DNA of 64,000 nucleotides from an uncultured Actinomycetota bacterium (GTDB lineage Bacteria; Actinomycetota; Actinomycetes; Propionibacteriales; Nocardioidaceae): NCBI GenBank assembly GCA_963794355.1, contig CAWCDN010000010.1, positions 27,819 to 91,818 of the forward strand, read 5' to 3'. Shown piece by piece: positions 35,539 to 43,369 of this stretch (position 1 is its first letter; each line of letters starts with the position of its first letter). The notes under the pieces were generated by a model. It saw only the letters and a program-made list of their open reading frames with translations, ran no database searches and was not told where the DNA came from. The position numbers and the translations under genes were made by a program.

Positions 35539-35695
35539 GTGAGGCACACGTCGACCGCCCCGGGCGGCGCCCCCACCACGGCACTGGGACTGGACGTACA
35601 CGTACAACCTGTTGCCGTGGTCGCTCGCACAGGTCTTCACCCTCGACGACGCCACATACGGCGTCCTCGACTCCACCACGGTCCTTGGCTACTAG
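35539..35695 (+). pseudogene. C-terminal remnant of a probable phage tail protein
   Basis: VRHTSTAPGGAPTT / frameshift / HWDWTYTYNLLPWSLAQVFTLDDATYGVLDSTTVLGY*; resemblance to tail-protein C-termini is recalled, not searched. Confidence 0.45.
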
Positions 35696-36300
35696 CTCGG
35701 CAGGCGTTCAAGAAGCTCAGCGGGTAGCCACTCCTCGACCACGATCCATTCGCCGCGTTCTAGGGCGGGTCTGACGTGGCCGCGGCCGGGGCCGCGACCG
35801 GGCAGGCATACCTCATGACCCGGTCACCAGTTCGCGGGCGGGTCGCTGGCGGGGAACGACTGGGCGCCCCATTGATCGACGAGTTCCCAGGTCGAATCCC
35901 AGGCCGGAGGCTCGGTCGCGTCCGCGTCCACCGGCGTCGCGATGGCGGCATCCGGCTTAGGGTCGGGTGTCACGGGCATCAGCATGATGGGACTCCCTTC
36001 AGGTGCCGGGTGCCGTCCCGTGGTGGAGGACGGTCGGCGACTTGTCTCGTGGGGTCCGCTGGCCGCCCGGTCGCCTCGAGTGCCTTCTATGTTGCTCGCG
36101 GGTTCCGCGCTCGGCAATGCCGAAGCCTTGCAGACACGGCCCTGCCAACCGGACGCCACGCGGCGCCACTCGAGGAGGAGGCCCGGCAGGCGGCCGTGGC
36201 GGTCTGTCACCCAGCAGTGCTTGACGACGGGGGGCGCGAGCCGTTCGGGCCCTGGGGTGCCGTGGATGCGCTCGTGGAGGGAGACGCGGTCACCCTTGCG
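35692..36300 (-). pseudogene. Small hypothetical gene split by a 357-bp insertion, with a stop at its 5' side
   Basis: Same-frame halves ...KHCWVTDRHGRLPGLLLEWRRVASGWQGRV (to 36133) and VRPALERGEWIVVEEWLPAELLERLPS* (35775-35692). Confidence 0.65.
35824..35985 (-). CDS. 53-aa acidic protein with SFPASDPP motif
   Basis: MLMPVTPDP...WELVDQWGAQSFPASDPPANW; GAAGGGAG RBS upstream. Confidence 0.7.
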   Translation of the reverse strand: MLMPVTPDPKPDAAIATPVDADATEPPAWDSTWELVDQWGAQSFPASDPPANW

Positions 36301-36339
36301 CTAATCGGCCGATCCGCGCGCGGACAGCGGCATGTCAGG
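36299..36339 (+). repeat. Inter-module site, copy A
   Basis: CGCTAATCGGC-N11-CGGACAGCGGCATGTCAGG. Confidence 0.75.
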
Positions 36340-36435
36340 GCAATAGTCTCGCGCTTTCGAAAGCGACGGAACGCCGCTCGAGGCGTAGCCTCAAGTAGTC
36401 GGCTGATGGGAGTCGGTTGGCTACTAGGGGGGCTG

Positions 36436-37692
36436 ATGGGGCGGCGACGGGGTGTTCCGCTCGCTTTCATGACGGCCATGGTGACCGCGGTCGGGGGTGC
36501 GATGGTGCTGCCCGCTGCGATGGTTCCGGCGACCGCGTCGTCACTCCCGCTTTGCCAGGGCAAGGTGGCCACGATCATCGGGACCGCCCGTGCTGACATC
36601 GTGTGGGGTACCCGTGGGCGAGACGTCATCCTCGCTCGCGCCGGCAACGACGTGGTCCACGGGCGCGGCGGCAACGACCTCATTTGCGGTGGCCCTGGCC
36701 GCGACACCGTTATCGGCGGAGACGGTGCCGACCAGATCTACGGCGGCCCAAACGACGACCGCCTTGCCGGCGGGAACCAGGACGACCGCCTACGGGGAGG
36801 CCACGGTGAGGACGACCTCTCCGGCGGCCTCGGGGACGACCACCTGAACGGCGGAACGGGCCAGAGGACGTGGTTCCGTGCGGACGCTGGCAACGACGTC
36901 TGGACCGCCGAGAGCACCGATGCCGTCTTGGATTACGGCCGAGCGCCCCGCGGCGTCAGTGTCGACCTGCTGACGGGTAGCGCGACCGGATGGGGGCACG
37001 ACACCCTCCGGACCACGCACTGGGACGGGTTCCCTCCTATCGGGCGGCCGATCCTGTTGGGCTCACAACACGACGACACTTTAGTGTCGGCTCTGGAGGG
37101 GATTCCACCAACATGGGTCGGAAACCTCCCTGTATGGGGGACGGTCATCAAGGGATCTGGTGGCAACGACGTCATCCGGGGCACCGCAAGCATGAAGCTC
37201 CTCGGGAACGAGGGTGACGATCGGGTCACGGTGCAGATCAGCACCGTTGAGGGGTTTACCAACCGATCTCTAGTCGATGGCGGCGACGGCACCGACGGAT
37301 TGTCCATGGTGGACGTCGGTGGCGTAAATATCTTCGTCACCTACCAACACTTGAGTTTCGACCTCTCCGCGGGTCAGATCCACGGAGGCGGCCAGACCGA
37401 TGTGCCAGCACCCTTGTTCGAAAACGCAATGATCGACACGGTGCGCTTCGACCCAGACCCGCAGGAGGCAAGTTACGAGCTCGACGGCACCGACGGACCC
37501 AACACCCTGACCGTGGACAGCGCTCATCCGTCTGTCATCAACGGCGGTGGGGGCGACGACGTGCTTACCGGTGGCTCGGCGGACGACACGATTGACGGTG
37601 GAGCCGGTGACGACACGGCCGACGGTCGGGAAGGCACCGATACGTGCACGTCGGTCGAGCAACCCAGCAACTGCGAAACGGCGATCCCGTAG
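36436..37692 (+). CDS. Secreted calcium-binding protein with RTX/hemolysin-type repeats
   Basis: Signal-like N-terminus, CQGKVATIIGT, many GGxGxD nonapeptides (GGPGRD, GGDGAD, GGLGDD, GGGGDD, GGAGDD), terminal DTC..VE. Confidence 0.88.
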   Translation: MGRRRGVPLAFMTAMVTAVGGAMVLPAAMVPATASSLPLCQGKVATIIGTARADIVWGTRGRDVILARAGNDVVHGRGGNDLICGGPGRDTVIGGDGADQIYGGPNDDRLAGGNQDDRLRGGHGEDDLSGGLGDDHLNGGTGQRTWFRADAGNDVWTAESTDAVLDYGRAPRGVSVDLLTGSATGWGHDTLRTTHWDGFPPIGRPILLGSQHDDTLVSALEGIPPTWVGNLPVWGTVIKGSGGNDVIRGTASMKLLGNEGDDRVTVQISTVEGFTNRSLVDGGDGTDGLSMVDVGGVNIFVTYQHLSFDLSAGQIHGGGQTDVPAPLFENAMIDTVRFDPDPQEASYELDGTDGPNTLTVDSAHPSVINGGGGDDVLTGGSADDTIDGGAGDDTADGREGTDTCTSVEQPSNCETAIP

Positions 37693-37717
37693 CGACCTCT
37701 CGACCTCCCGCAGGCAG

Positions 37718-37758
37718 GCTCGTCGGCAATGTGAGGACGGCCTGAGCCCGCAGGCATG
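37718..37758 (+). repeat. Inter-module site, copy B1, fused to an IS30 right-end remnant
   Basis: GCTCGTCGGCAATGTGAG then GACGGCCTGAGCCCGCAGGCATG, identical to 39229-39251. Confidence 0.8.
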
Positions 37759-37785
37759 CCCGGCAACTTGGTGGGCACCCACGAC

Positions 37786-37827
37786 CTCACATCGGCATAT
37801 GAGTACGACCGGACAGCGGCATGAGCG
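37786..37827 (+). repeat. Inter-module site, copy B2 (complete)
   Basis: CTCACATCGGCATATGAG-TACGAC-CGGACAGCGGCATGAGCG. Confidence 0.8.
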
Positions 37828-37858
37828 CCCACACGACGCAGCGGAACCTTCGCCGGTG

Positions 37859-38002
37859 ATGTGTGACGTTGACGAACCCAAGCCGGAATACGCTGACCGC
37901 GTGATATTCGCAGCCGCCGCGCTAGTCCTCGTGGGGATCGTCGGGGGAATCGTCTACGGCGTGCAGGAACTTCTCGAGAGGTTGCGGGACCGTCGCCGCT
38001 GA
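37859..38002 (+). CDS. 47-aa single-pass membrane protein
   Basis: Hydrophobic stretch VIFAAAALVLVGIVGGIVYGV followed by basic tail; bounded by repeat sites on both sides. Confidence 0.55.
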   Translation: MCDVDEPKPEYADRVIFAAAALVLVGIVGGIVYGVQELLERLRDRRR

Positions 38003-38024
38003 CGCCACGCCGCCCGCTCATCGG

Positions 38025-39245
38025 GGCGGTCTCAATGGGTCAGCGCAACACTTCCTTGATTCGAGGAGGTCGCGATGGCCCGTCAACATCGGCAACGGTT
38101 GTCCCCTGCAGACATCGATGAGATCTGGAGGCGGATGCGAGCCGGCCATTCGATGAAGCCGGCAGCTCGAGCGCTTGGTCTTCCGACCAGCACGGTGCGC
38201 TCGTACCTGGTGCGGTGGGGCGGGGTCATGCCCGAGCCGCGACACCGTGGATCGCGCCGGTTGAGTCTGGCCGAGCGCGAGGAAATCTCGCGAGGCCTGG
38301 CTGCGGGTCGGTCGCTGCGCATGATCGCGGCCGAGCTGGGTCGCGCGCCGTCGACGATCAGCCGTGAGGTCGCCGGCAATGGCGGCCGACGGGGCTACCG
38401 GGCGACCGTGGCCGACCAGGGAGCGTGGGCCAGAGCGACCAGGCCGAAGACGTGCAAGCTGACCACCAACCCGGTGCTGGCTGGCGTCGTGGCTGCCAAG
38501 CTGCAACGACGGTGGTCGCCCCAGCAGATCGCCGGCTGGTTGAAGCGGACCTATCCCGACGACCCAGGGATGCACGTGTCGCACGAGAGCATCTACCGCA
38601 CCCTGTTCGTGCAGTCGCGCGGTGCGCTGCGCAAAGAGCTGACCGCCTACCTGAGGACCGGACGGGTGCTGCGACGCCCCCAGGGGGTCAGGATCCCCGA
38701 TGGTCGCGGGAGTCGTCCGGGGATCGTGAACATCAGCGAGCGGCCCGCTGAAGCGAGAGACCGGGCGGTGCCCGGGCATTGGGAAGGTGATCTCGTCTTC
38801 GGCAAAGGCATGTCCCCGGTCGCGACCCTGGTGGAGCGATCCACCCGCTACCTGCTGCTGGTCGGTCTGCCTGACGGCAACCACAAAGCCGACGCCGTCG
38901 CCGACGCCCTCGCCGCAGCAGTCGCACACCTGCCCGAGCATCTGGCGAAGTCGCTGACCTGGGACCAGGGCCACGAGATGGCCGAACACGCACGGTTCAC
39001 CCAGGAGACCGGGATCGAGGTCTACTTCTGTGACCCCCAAGTCACCCTGGCAGCGCGGCAGCAACGAGAACACCAACGGACTCCTGCGCCAATACCTGCC
39101 CCGGCGACTCGACTTCCGGACCCTGACCCAAGCCGACTTCGACGACATCGCCGACAAGCTCAACGGACGCCCTCGACAGACCCTCGGCTTCAAGACACCA
39201 TCACAGGTACTGGCCGAGGTGTTGCGTTGACGGCCTGAGCCCGCA
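38025..39245 (+). mobile_element. IS30-family insertion sequence, copy 1 (1221 bp)
   Basis: 27-bp imperfect IRs GGCGGTCTCAATGGGTCAGCGCAACAC / GTGTTGCGTTGACGGCCTGAGCCCGCA; GG dinucleotide on both flanks (38023-24, 39246-47). Confidence 0.92.
38075..39230 (+). pseudogene. IS30 transposase with one +1 frameshift (C5 run, 39034-39038)
   Basis: LSLAEREEI, PSTISRE, WSPQQIA, GHWEGDL, TWDQG; C-terminus SPWQRGSNENTNGLLRQY..NGRPR is in another frame. Confidence 0.88.
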
Positions 39246-39308
39246 GGCATGTGAGTGCGTTGCGATTGCGTCACGTCCGGTGCCGACCGTTGGTCTTTGC
39301 CCCAGACT

Positions 39309-40166
39309 GTGCGCGTGGCAATCCTGCGCGTTCTGACCGTGGCTACGGCTGCAGTCGCCCTCAGCGCGTGCGGCGCAGCACACGACAGCACCGTAGCGAC
39401 CAAGCCTCTCTCACCGGCGCCACCACCGCACGCGGCCACCGCCTCCGGCAGGCCGGTTCAGTTCAGTGCAGTCCGCCAGAATGTCGGCCCAGGACTGCAC
39501 CCCGACCAAGCCACGAAGCAGGTTCTCAGCGGGATGGGAGATCCCTCCGTGACCTCGGCCGTGGTCGGTGCCGCCCCAGCAGACAGCGGAGGTTCGGGGC
39601 AGTGGCTCACGGTCACCATCGAGAGTGACCAGGCGGACGGCATCAAGCAGGCCTGGCTGGCGCAACTCATGCAAGGGGCCGTGGCGGACCTGATGCGGAC
39701 CGACGAGACCACCACCAGCCAGGTGCTCGACGGCGCCCAGCTCGTCGACAAAGACGCGTCCGGACGCCAGGTCGTGACTCCCTTAGGCCACGGCGCGGTC
39801 GTCGGCGGACAGGTCTTCGACTCCCCCGGCGACGACGCCCTGCGCCAACAGGTAGCAGCCGCAGCCGAGAAGTACGGCCTCACCGTCGACTCCGTCCAGG
39901 TGCTGCACCCCCTGGACAGCGCCCTCGCCGTGACCATGACTGTCCCTGACGGTCCCCTCCATGGCTGGAACCTGACCAGCCTTGAAAACGCCATCGAGGG
40001 CAAGACCACACCGACGTCAGTGCCCAACGTCGAAGGGCTCTACCTGGAACTCCACTCGCCGTCCGGAAAGCCGGTCGTGAAGTCCGGCTATGCCTCCCGG
40101 ATACCAGGCGGCGGCGGCTGGTCCGCCCCCGGCCAAGACGAGCGGTTCGGCATCAACCACGGCTAG
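39309..40166 (+). CDS. Hypothetical lipoprotein
   Basis: Signal peptide with lipobox LSAC, Pro-rich linker, globular C-terminal part. Confidence 0.75.
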   Translation: MRVAILRVLTVATAAVALSACGAAHDSTVATKPLSPAPPPHAATASGRPVQFSAVRQNVGPGLHPDQATKQVLSGMGDPSVTSAVVGAAPADSGGSGQWLTVTIESDQADGIKQAWLAQLMQGAVADLMRTDETTTSQVLDGAQLVDKDASGRQVVTPLGHGAVVGGQVFDSPGDDALRQQVAAAAEKYGLTVDSVQVLHPLDSALAVTMTVPDGPLHGWNLTSLENAIEGKTTPTSVPNVEGLYLELHSPSGKPVVKSGYASRIPGGGGWSAPGQDERFGINHG

Positions 40167-40203
40167 ATCGCCGAGAGTGACCGCGCGGACAGCGGATGCG
40201 GGC
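40161..40203 (+). repeat. Inter-module site, copy E (left arm degenerate)
   Basis: GGCTAGATCGCC-N13-CGGACAGCGGATGCGGGC; same 13-nt spacing as copies B2 and F; overlaps the lipoprotein stop. Confidence 0.65.
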
Positions 40204-40223
40204 TCTTCTTGGACCGGTCTGAC

Positions 40224-40811
40224 CTACTTTGAGGGGCGGATCCTTGGCGTGTAGACGTTCGGGAGGCGGTCGCTCCAGCTGTCTGACAACGCGTTATCGG
40301 CGAATAATCGCGAGCCTGTGGACGAACTCACGCTGATACCGGCTCGGATCCATCGGGGCCTCTGCAGACATGCCCGGTTGAACGAAAGCCAGAGAACTCG
40401 ACCGTTGCGCCCCGCTCTGTACGAGCTGCACATTCGCTGAGCGTGCGTGTTCTTGTCGCCGAGGATGAAATCAGTGCCCTTGTGGCTCTCAAAGAGGGTG
40501 CCTTCATACATGTCCGCGTTGGTCTTGAGTGAGAGAGAGATGTCGCGCCACCTCAGGCCCTTCATCGAACTGGACCGTAGGGTCACGCCGATGCGAATCC
40601 GAGTAGTGCCATGCGCGACGCGGAGTCGAATCACATCGTTCTGACGGTTTCGCACGGCATGGTGGTATGGACCGGAGAAAGAGGGCATTCCCTCTACGTC
40701 GTGTGCGGCGTCGACATGCCTGTACGTGGCACCCATTGCCGGCGTTGCAAGGCCGAAGACCACTGCTGTGAAGGCCGCCAGAACCGCCCCGGTTGCGAGC
40801 ATCTGTTTCAC
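40224..40811 (-). CDS. Hypothetical secreted basic protein
   Basis: Signal peptide MKQMLATGAVLAAFTAVVFGLATPAMG; two Cys; visibly lower GC than backbone. Confidence 0.72.
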   Translation of the reverse strand: MKQMLATGAVLAAFTAVVFGLATPAMGATYRHVDAAHDVEGMPSFSGPYHHAVRNRQNDVIRLRVAHGTTRIRIGVTLRSSSMKGLRWRDISLSLKTNADMYEGTLFESHKGTDFILGDKNTHAQRMCSSYRAGRNGRVLWLSFNRACLQRPRWIRAGISVSSSTGSRLFADNALSDSWSDRLPNVYTPRIRPSK

Positions 40812-40876
40812 GAGGCCGGACAGTACAGGTTCGGTCGCGAACCTTCTTGTGGAAGGCGCAAACTCGCCGACTACGG

Positions 40877-40914
40877 CGCCCGCTCATCGGCATGTGCGCG
40901 AGCGCGGACAGCGG
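40877..40914 (+). repeat. Inter-module site, copy F
   Basis: CGCCCGCTCATCGGCATGTGCG-CGAGCG-CGGACAGCGG; first 14 bp identical to 38011-38024. Confidence 0.82.
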
Positions 40915-42136
40915 CGGTGAGTCGTCAATGGGTCAGCGCAACACTTCCTTGATTCAAGGAGGTTGTGATGGCACGTGGTTATCGGTGGTTGTCTCTGCGG
41001 ACGAGGACGAGATCTGGACGCGGCTACGGGAGGGGCATGCGGCTAAGCCGACGGCTCGAGCATTGGGACTCTCGACGGGGACGGTGCGTGCCTATCTGGT
41101 GCGCTGCGGTGCGATCCGTCCAGCGGCTCGACGGCGGTCGCCGGTGCCCGGTTGAGCTTGATCGAACGGGAGGAGATCTCCGGTGGGCTGGCGGCCGGCG
41201 CCTCGTTACGTGTGATCGCGGCCGGGCTGGGTCGTGCTCCGTCGACGATCAGTCGTGAGGTCGCCACTCATGGCGGGCGGGATCGGTATCGTGCCGCGCC
41301 AGCTGATCAGCAGGCGTGGGCACGGGCGCGGCGTCGGCAGGCATGCAAGCTGGCCACTCGTCCGGTGTTGCGTGCGATGGTGGCCGAGAAGCTCCAAGAC
41401 GAGCAGTGGTCACCTCAGCAGATCGCTGGCTGGCTGAAGACCACCTACCCCGAACGACCCGGAGATGCAGGTGTCGCACGAGACCATCTACCGCACCCTG
41501 TTCATCCAGTCCCGCGGCGCGTTACGCCGGGAGTTGACCGCTCATCTGCGCACCGGGCGGGTGATCCGACGTCCGGCGGGGACCCGGCTACCGGATGGGC
41601 GTGGTGGCCGGCCGGGGATCCTCAACATCTCCGAACGACCAGCTGAGGCCGTCGACCGAGCCGTGCCAGGTCATTGGGAAGGCGACCTGGTCTTCGGCAA
41701 ACGCATGTCTCCGGTCGCGACACTGGTCGAACGCTCGACCAGGTTCGTGATGCTGGTGGCGCTGCCAGGCGGGCACAAAGCAGACCTGGTCGCCGACGCG
41801 TTGGCCGCGAAGATCACCACCCTGCCCGCGGCGCTGACTCGGACGTTGACGTGGGACCAGGGCCACGAGATGGCCGAGCACGTCCGGTTCACCCATGCAG
41901 ACAGGTGATCGAGGTCTACTTCTGTGATCCCCGGTCGCCGTGGCAGCGCGGGAGCAATGAGAACACCAACAGGCTGCTGCGCCAGTACCTACCCCGGACG
42001 CTCGACTTCCGGACCCTGACCCAGGCCGACTTCGACGACATCGCCGACAGCTCAACGGCCGCCCTCGACAGACCCTCGGCTTCAAGACACCATCACAAGT
42101 ACTGCCGAGGGGTTGCGTTGACGACCTGACCACATC
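40913..42136 (+). mobile_element. IS30-family insertion sequence, copy 2; transposase has several frameshifts and the termini are altered
   Basis: Left end TCAATGGGTCAGCGCAACACTTCCTTGATT shared with copy 1; fragments SLIEREEIS, VSHETIYR, GHWEGDL, SPWQRGSNENTN in different frames; right end GTTGCGTTGACGACCTGA. Confidence 0.88.
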
Positions 42137-42150
42137 GGCATGTGAGGACG
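42131..42150 (+). repeat. Inter-module site, copy G (right junction of IS copy 2)
   Basis: CACATCGGCATGTGAGGACG; matches B2 and the right flank of IS copy 1. Confidence 0.78.
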
Positions 42151-42415
42151 ATGCGCGGGCGCTCGGGCGCCGGCTACAAGCTCGGCCTGTTGGGCGCCTG
42201 CGATGGTCTTCACGGCCCGCAGCCGTGATCACTGTCGAGCTGACCTGGCCTTCGCGCCGGTGATCGCCTGCGCCGGCGGGACGGGAGACGGGCCGCGAAG
42301 CTGCGTTGGAGACGTTTCGCTGCTTTCGTGCATTGGTTGCCTGCATCTTGCCTGCGCAGGCGACGAACATGAACCTTTATGCACGCGTCCCTGCAGGTCA
42401 GGGGCTGTTTCTGTC

Positions 42416-42490
42416 TGGTGGGCGATACTGGGTTCGAACCAGTGACCTCTTCGGTGTGAACGAAGCGCGCTACCACTGCGCCAATCGCCC
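42416..42490 (-). tRNA. tRNA-Val(CAC)
   Basis: Cloverleaf GGGCGAT...ATCGCCC-ACCA, anticodon loop TTCACAC, T-loop GTTCGAA, encoded CCA. Confidence 0.96.
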
Positions 42491-42548
42491 CGTGTCTGCG
42501 GAGCGAGACTTTAGCGCACGCCTCGTGCCCCACCACATCGGCGGTCGG

Positions 42549-43369
42549 TCACCTCGAGAGCAGCTCGGCCTCGCGTTCCTGCCACACCTTGCGCACCTCG
42601 GTGGTGACCGGACCGGGTGCCCCGAGATCGAGTCGTCCCAGCGGCTGATCGCTTGGGCGTCGCGGGTCGTCGAGGCCAGGAACGCCTCGTCGGCCTCGGC
42701 CAGCACCCCGATCGGCTCGTCGACCTCGATGGCGCCGTACCACTCCAGGATCAGGTGGCGGGTGATCCCGGCCAGGCAGCCCGACGCCAGCGTGGGAGTG
42801 CGCAGCTCGCCGTCGACGACGTAGAAGACGTTGGTGCCGGTGCCCTCGCACAGGTTGCCCTGGAGGTTGGCGAAGACCGCCTCGCTGGCGCCCCGCTTCC
42901 GGGCCTCGGCGAGCGCCCGCACGTTCTCGCCGTACGACGTGGTCTTGAGGCCGGCGAGGGCGCCTCGCTCGTTGCGCGGCCAGGGCACGGTGGCGACCGC
43001 CGTGGCGTCCGGCCAAGGCATCATCGGCTCCGCGACGACCACCAGCGACGGCGGACCGTCGCCGCGGTCGGAGCCCAGCGGCGAGGGGCCGCCGGTCCAC
43101 GTGATGCGGACCCGGCCCAGCGTCAGTGACTCGTCGTCGAGCACCGCCTCGACGCCGCGCCGTACCTGCTCGAGGTCGACGTCCGGGAGCCCGAGACCGC
43201 GCGCCGAACGCTCCAGCCGAGCGAGGTGGAGCTCGAGCGCGAAGGTGCGGCCGTCGACCACCTTGAGCACCTCGAAGACGCCGTCACCGACGGTCAGTCC
43301 GTGGTCGCTGGCGCCCACCACCGGGGCCTCCGGGTCGCTGAGGAGCCGGCCGTTCACCCAGGTGCGCAT
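42549..43369 (-). CDS. Aminotransferase class IV (ADC lyase/BCAT-like), one frameshift near 42630
   Basis: GDGVFE, KTTSYGENV, EGTGTN, LAGITR, STTR; natural C-terminus GAPGPVTTEVRKVW is in a shifted frame. Confidence 0.85.

Noticed and set aside
36352-36365. Perfect 14-bp palindrome CGCTTTCGAAAGCG upstream of the RTX gene
   Set aside because: Single copy with no recognisable regulator nearby; it may be an operator but cannot be supported.
35776-36435. N-terminal 220 aa of track ORF 35776-37692 as part of the RTX protein
   Set aside because: It overlaps two better-supported minus-strand coding segments; the signal-like sequence and RBS point to a start near 36436.
39034-39038. Programmed frameshift in the IS30 transposase
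   Set aside because: IS30-family transposases are single-ORF, and there is no slippery heptamer or stimulatory structure; an indel is simpler.
36299-42150. Repeated site read as a CRISPR array
   Set aside because: Intervals range from tens of bp to over 1.3 kb and contain whole genes; copies are degenerate; no cas genes in the window.
36299-42150. Repeated site read as classical integron attC
   Set aside because: No RYYYAAC/GTTRRRY boxes, no long attC-type hairpin, and no intI gene.
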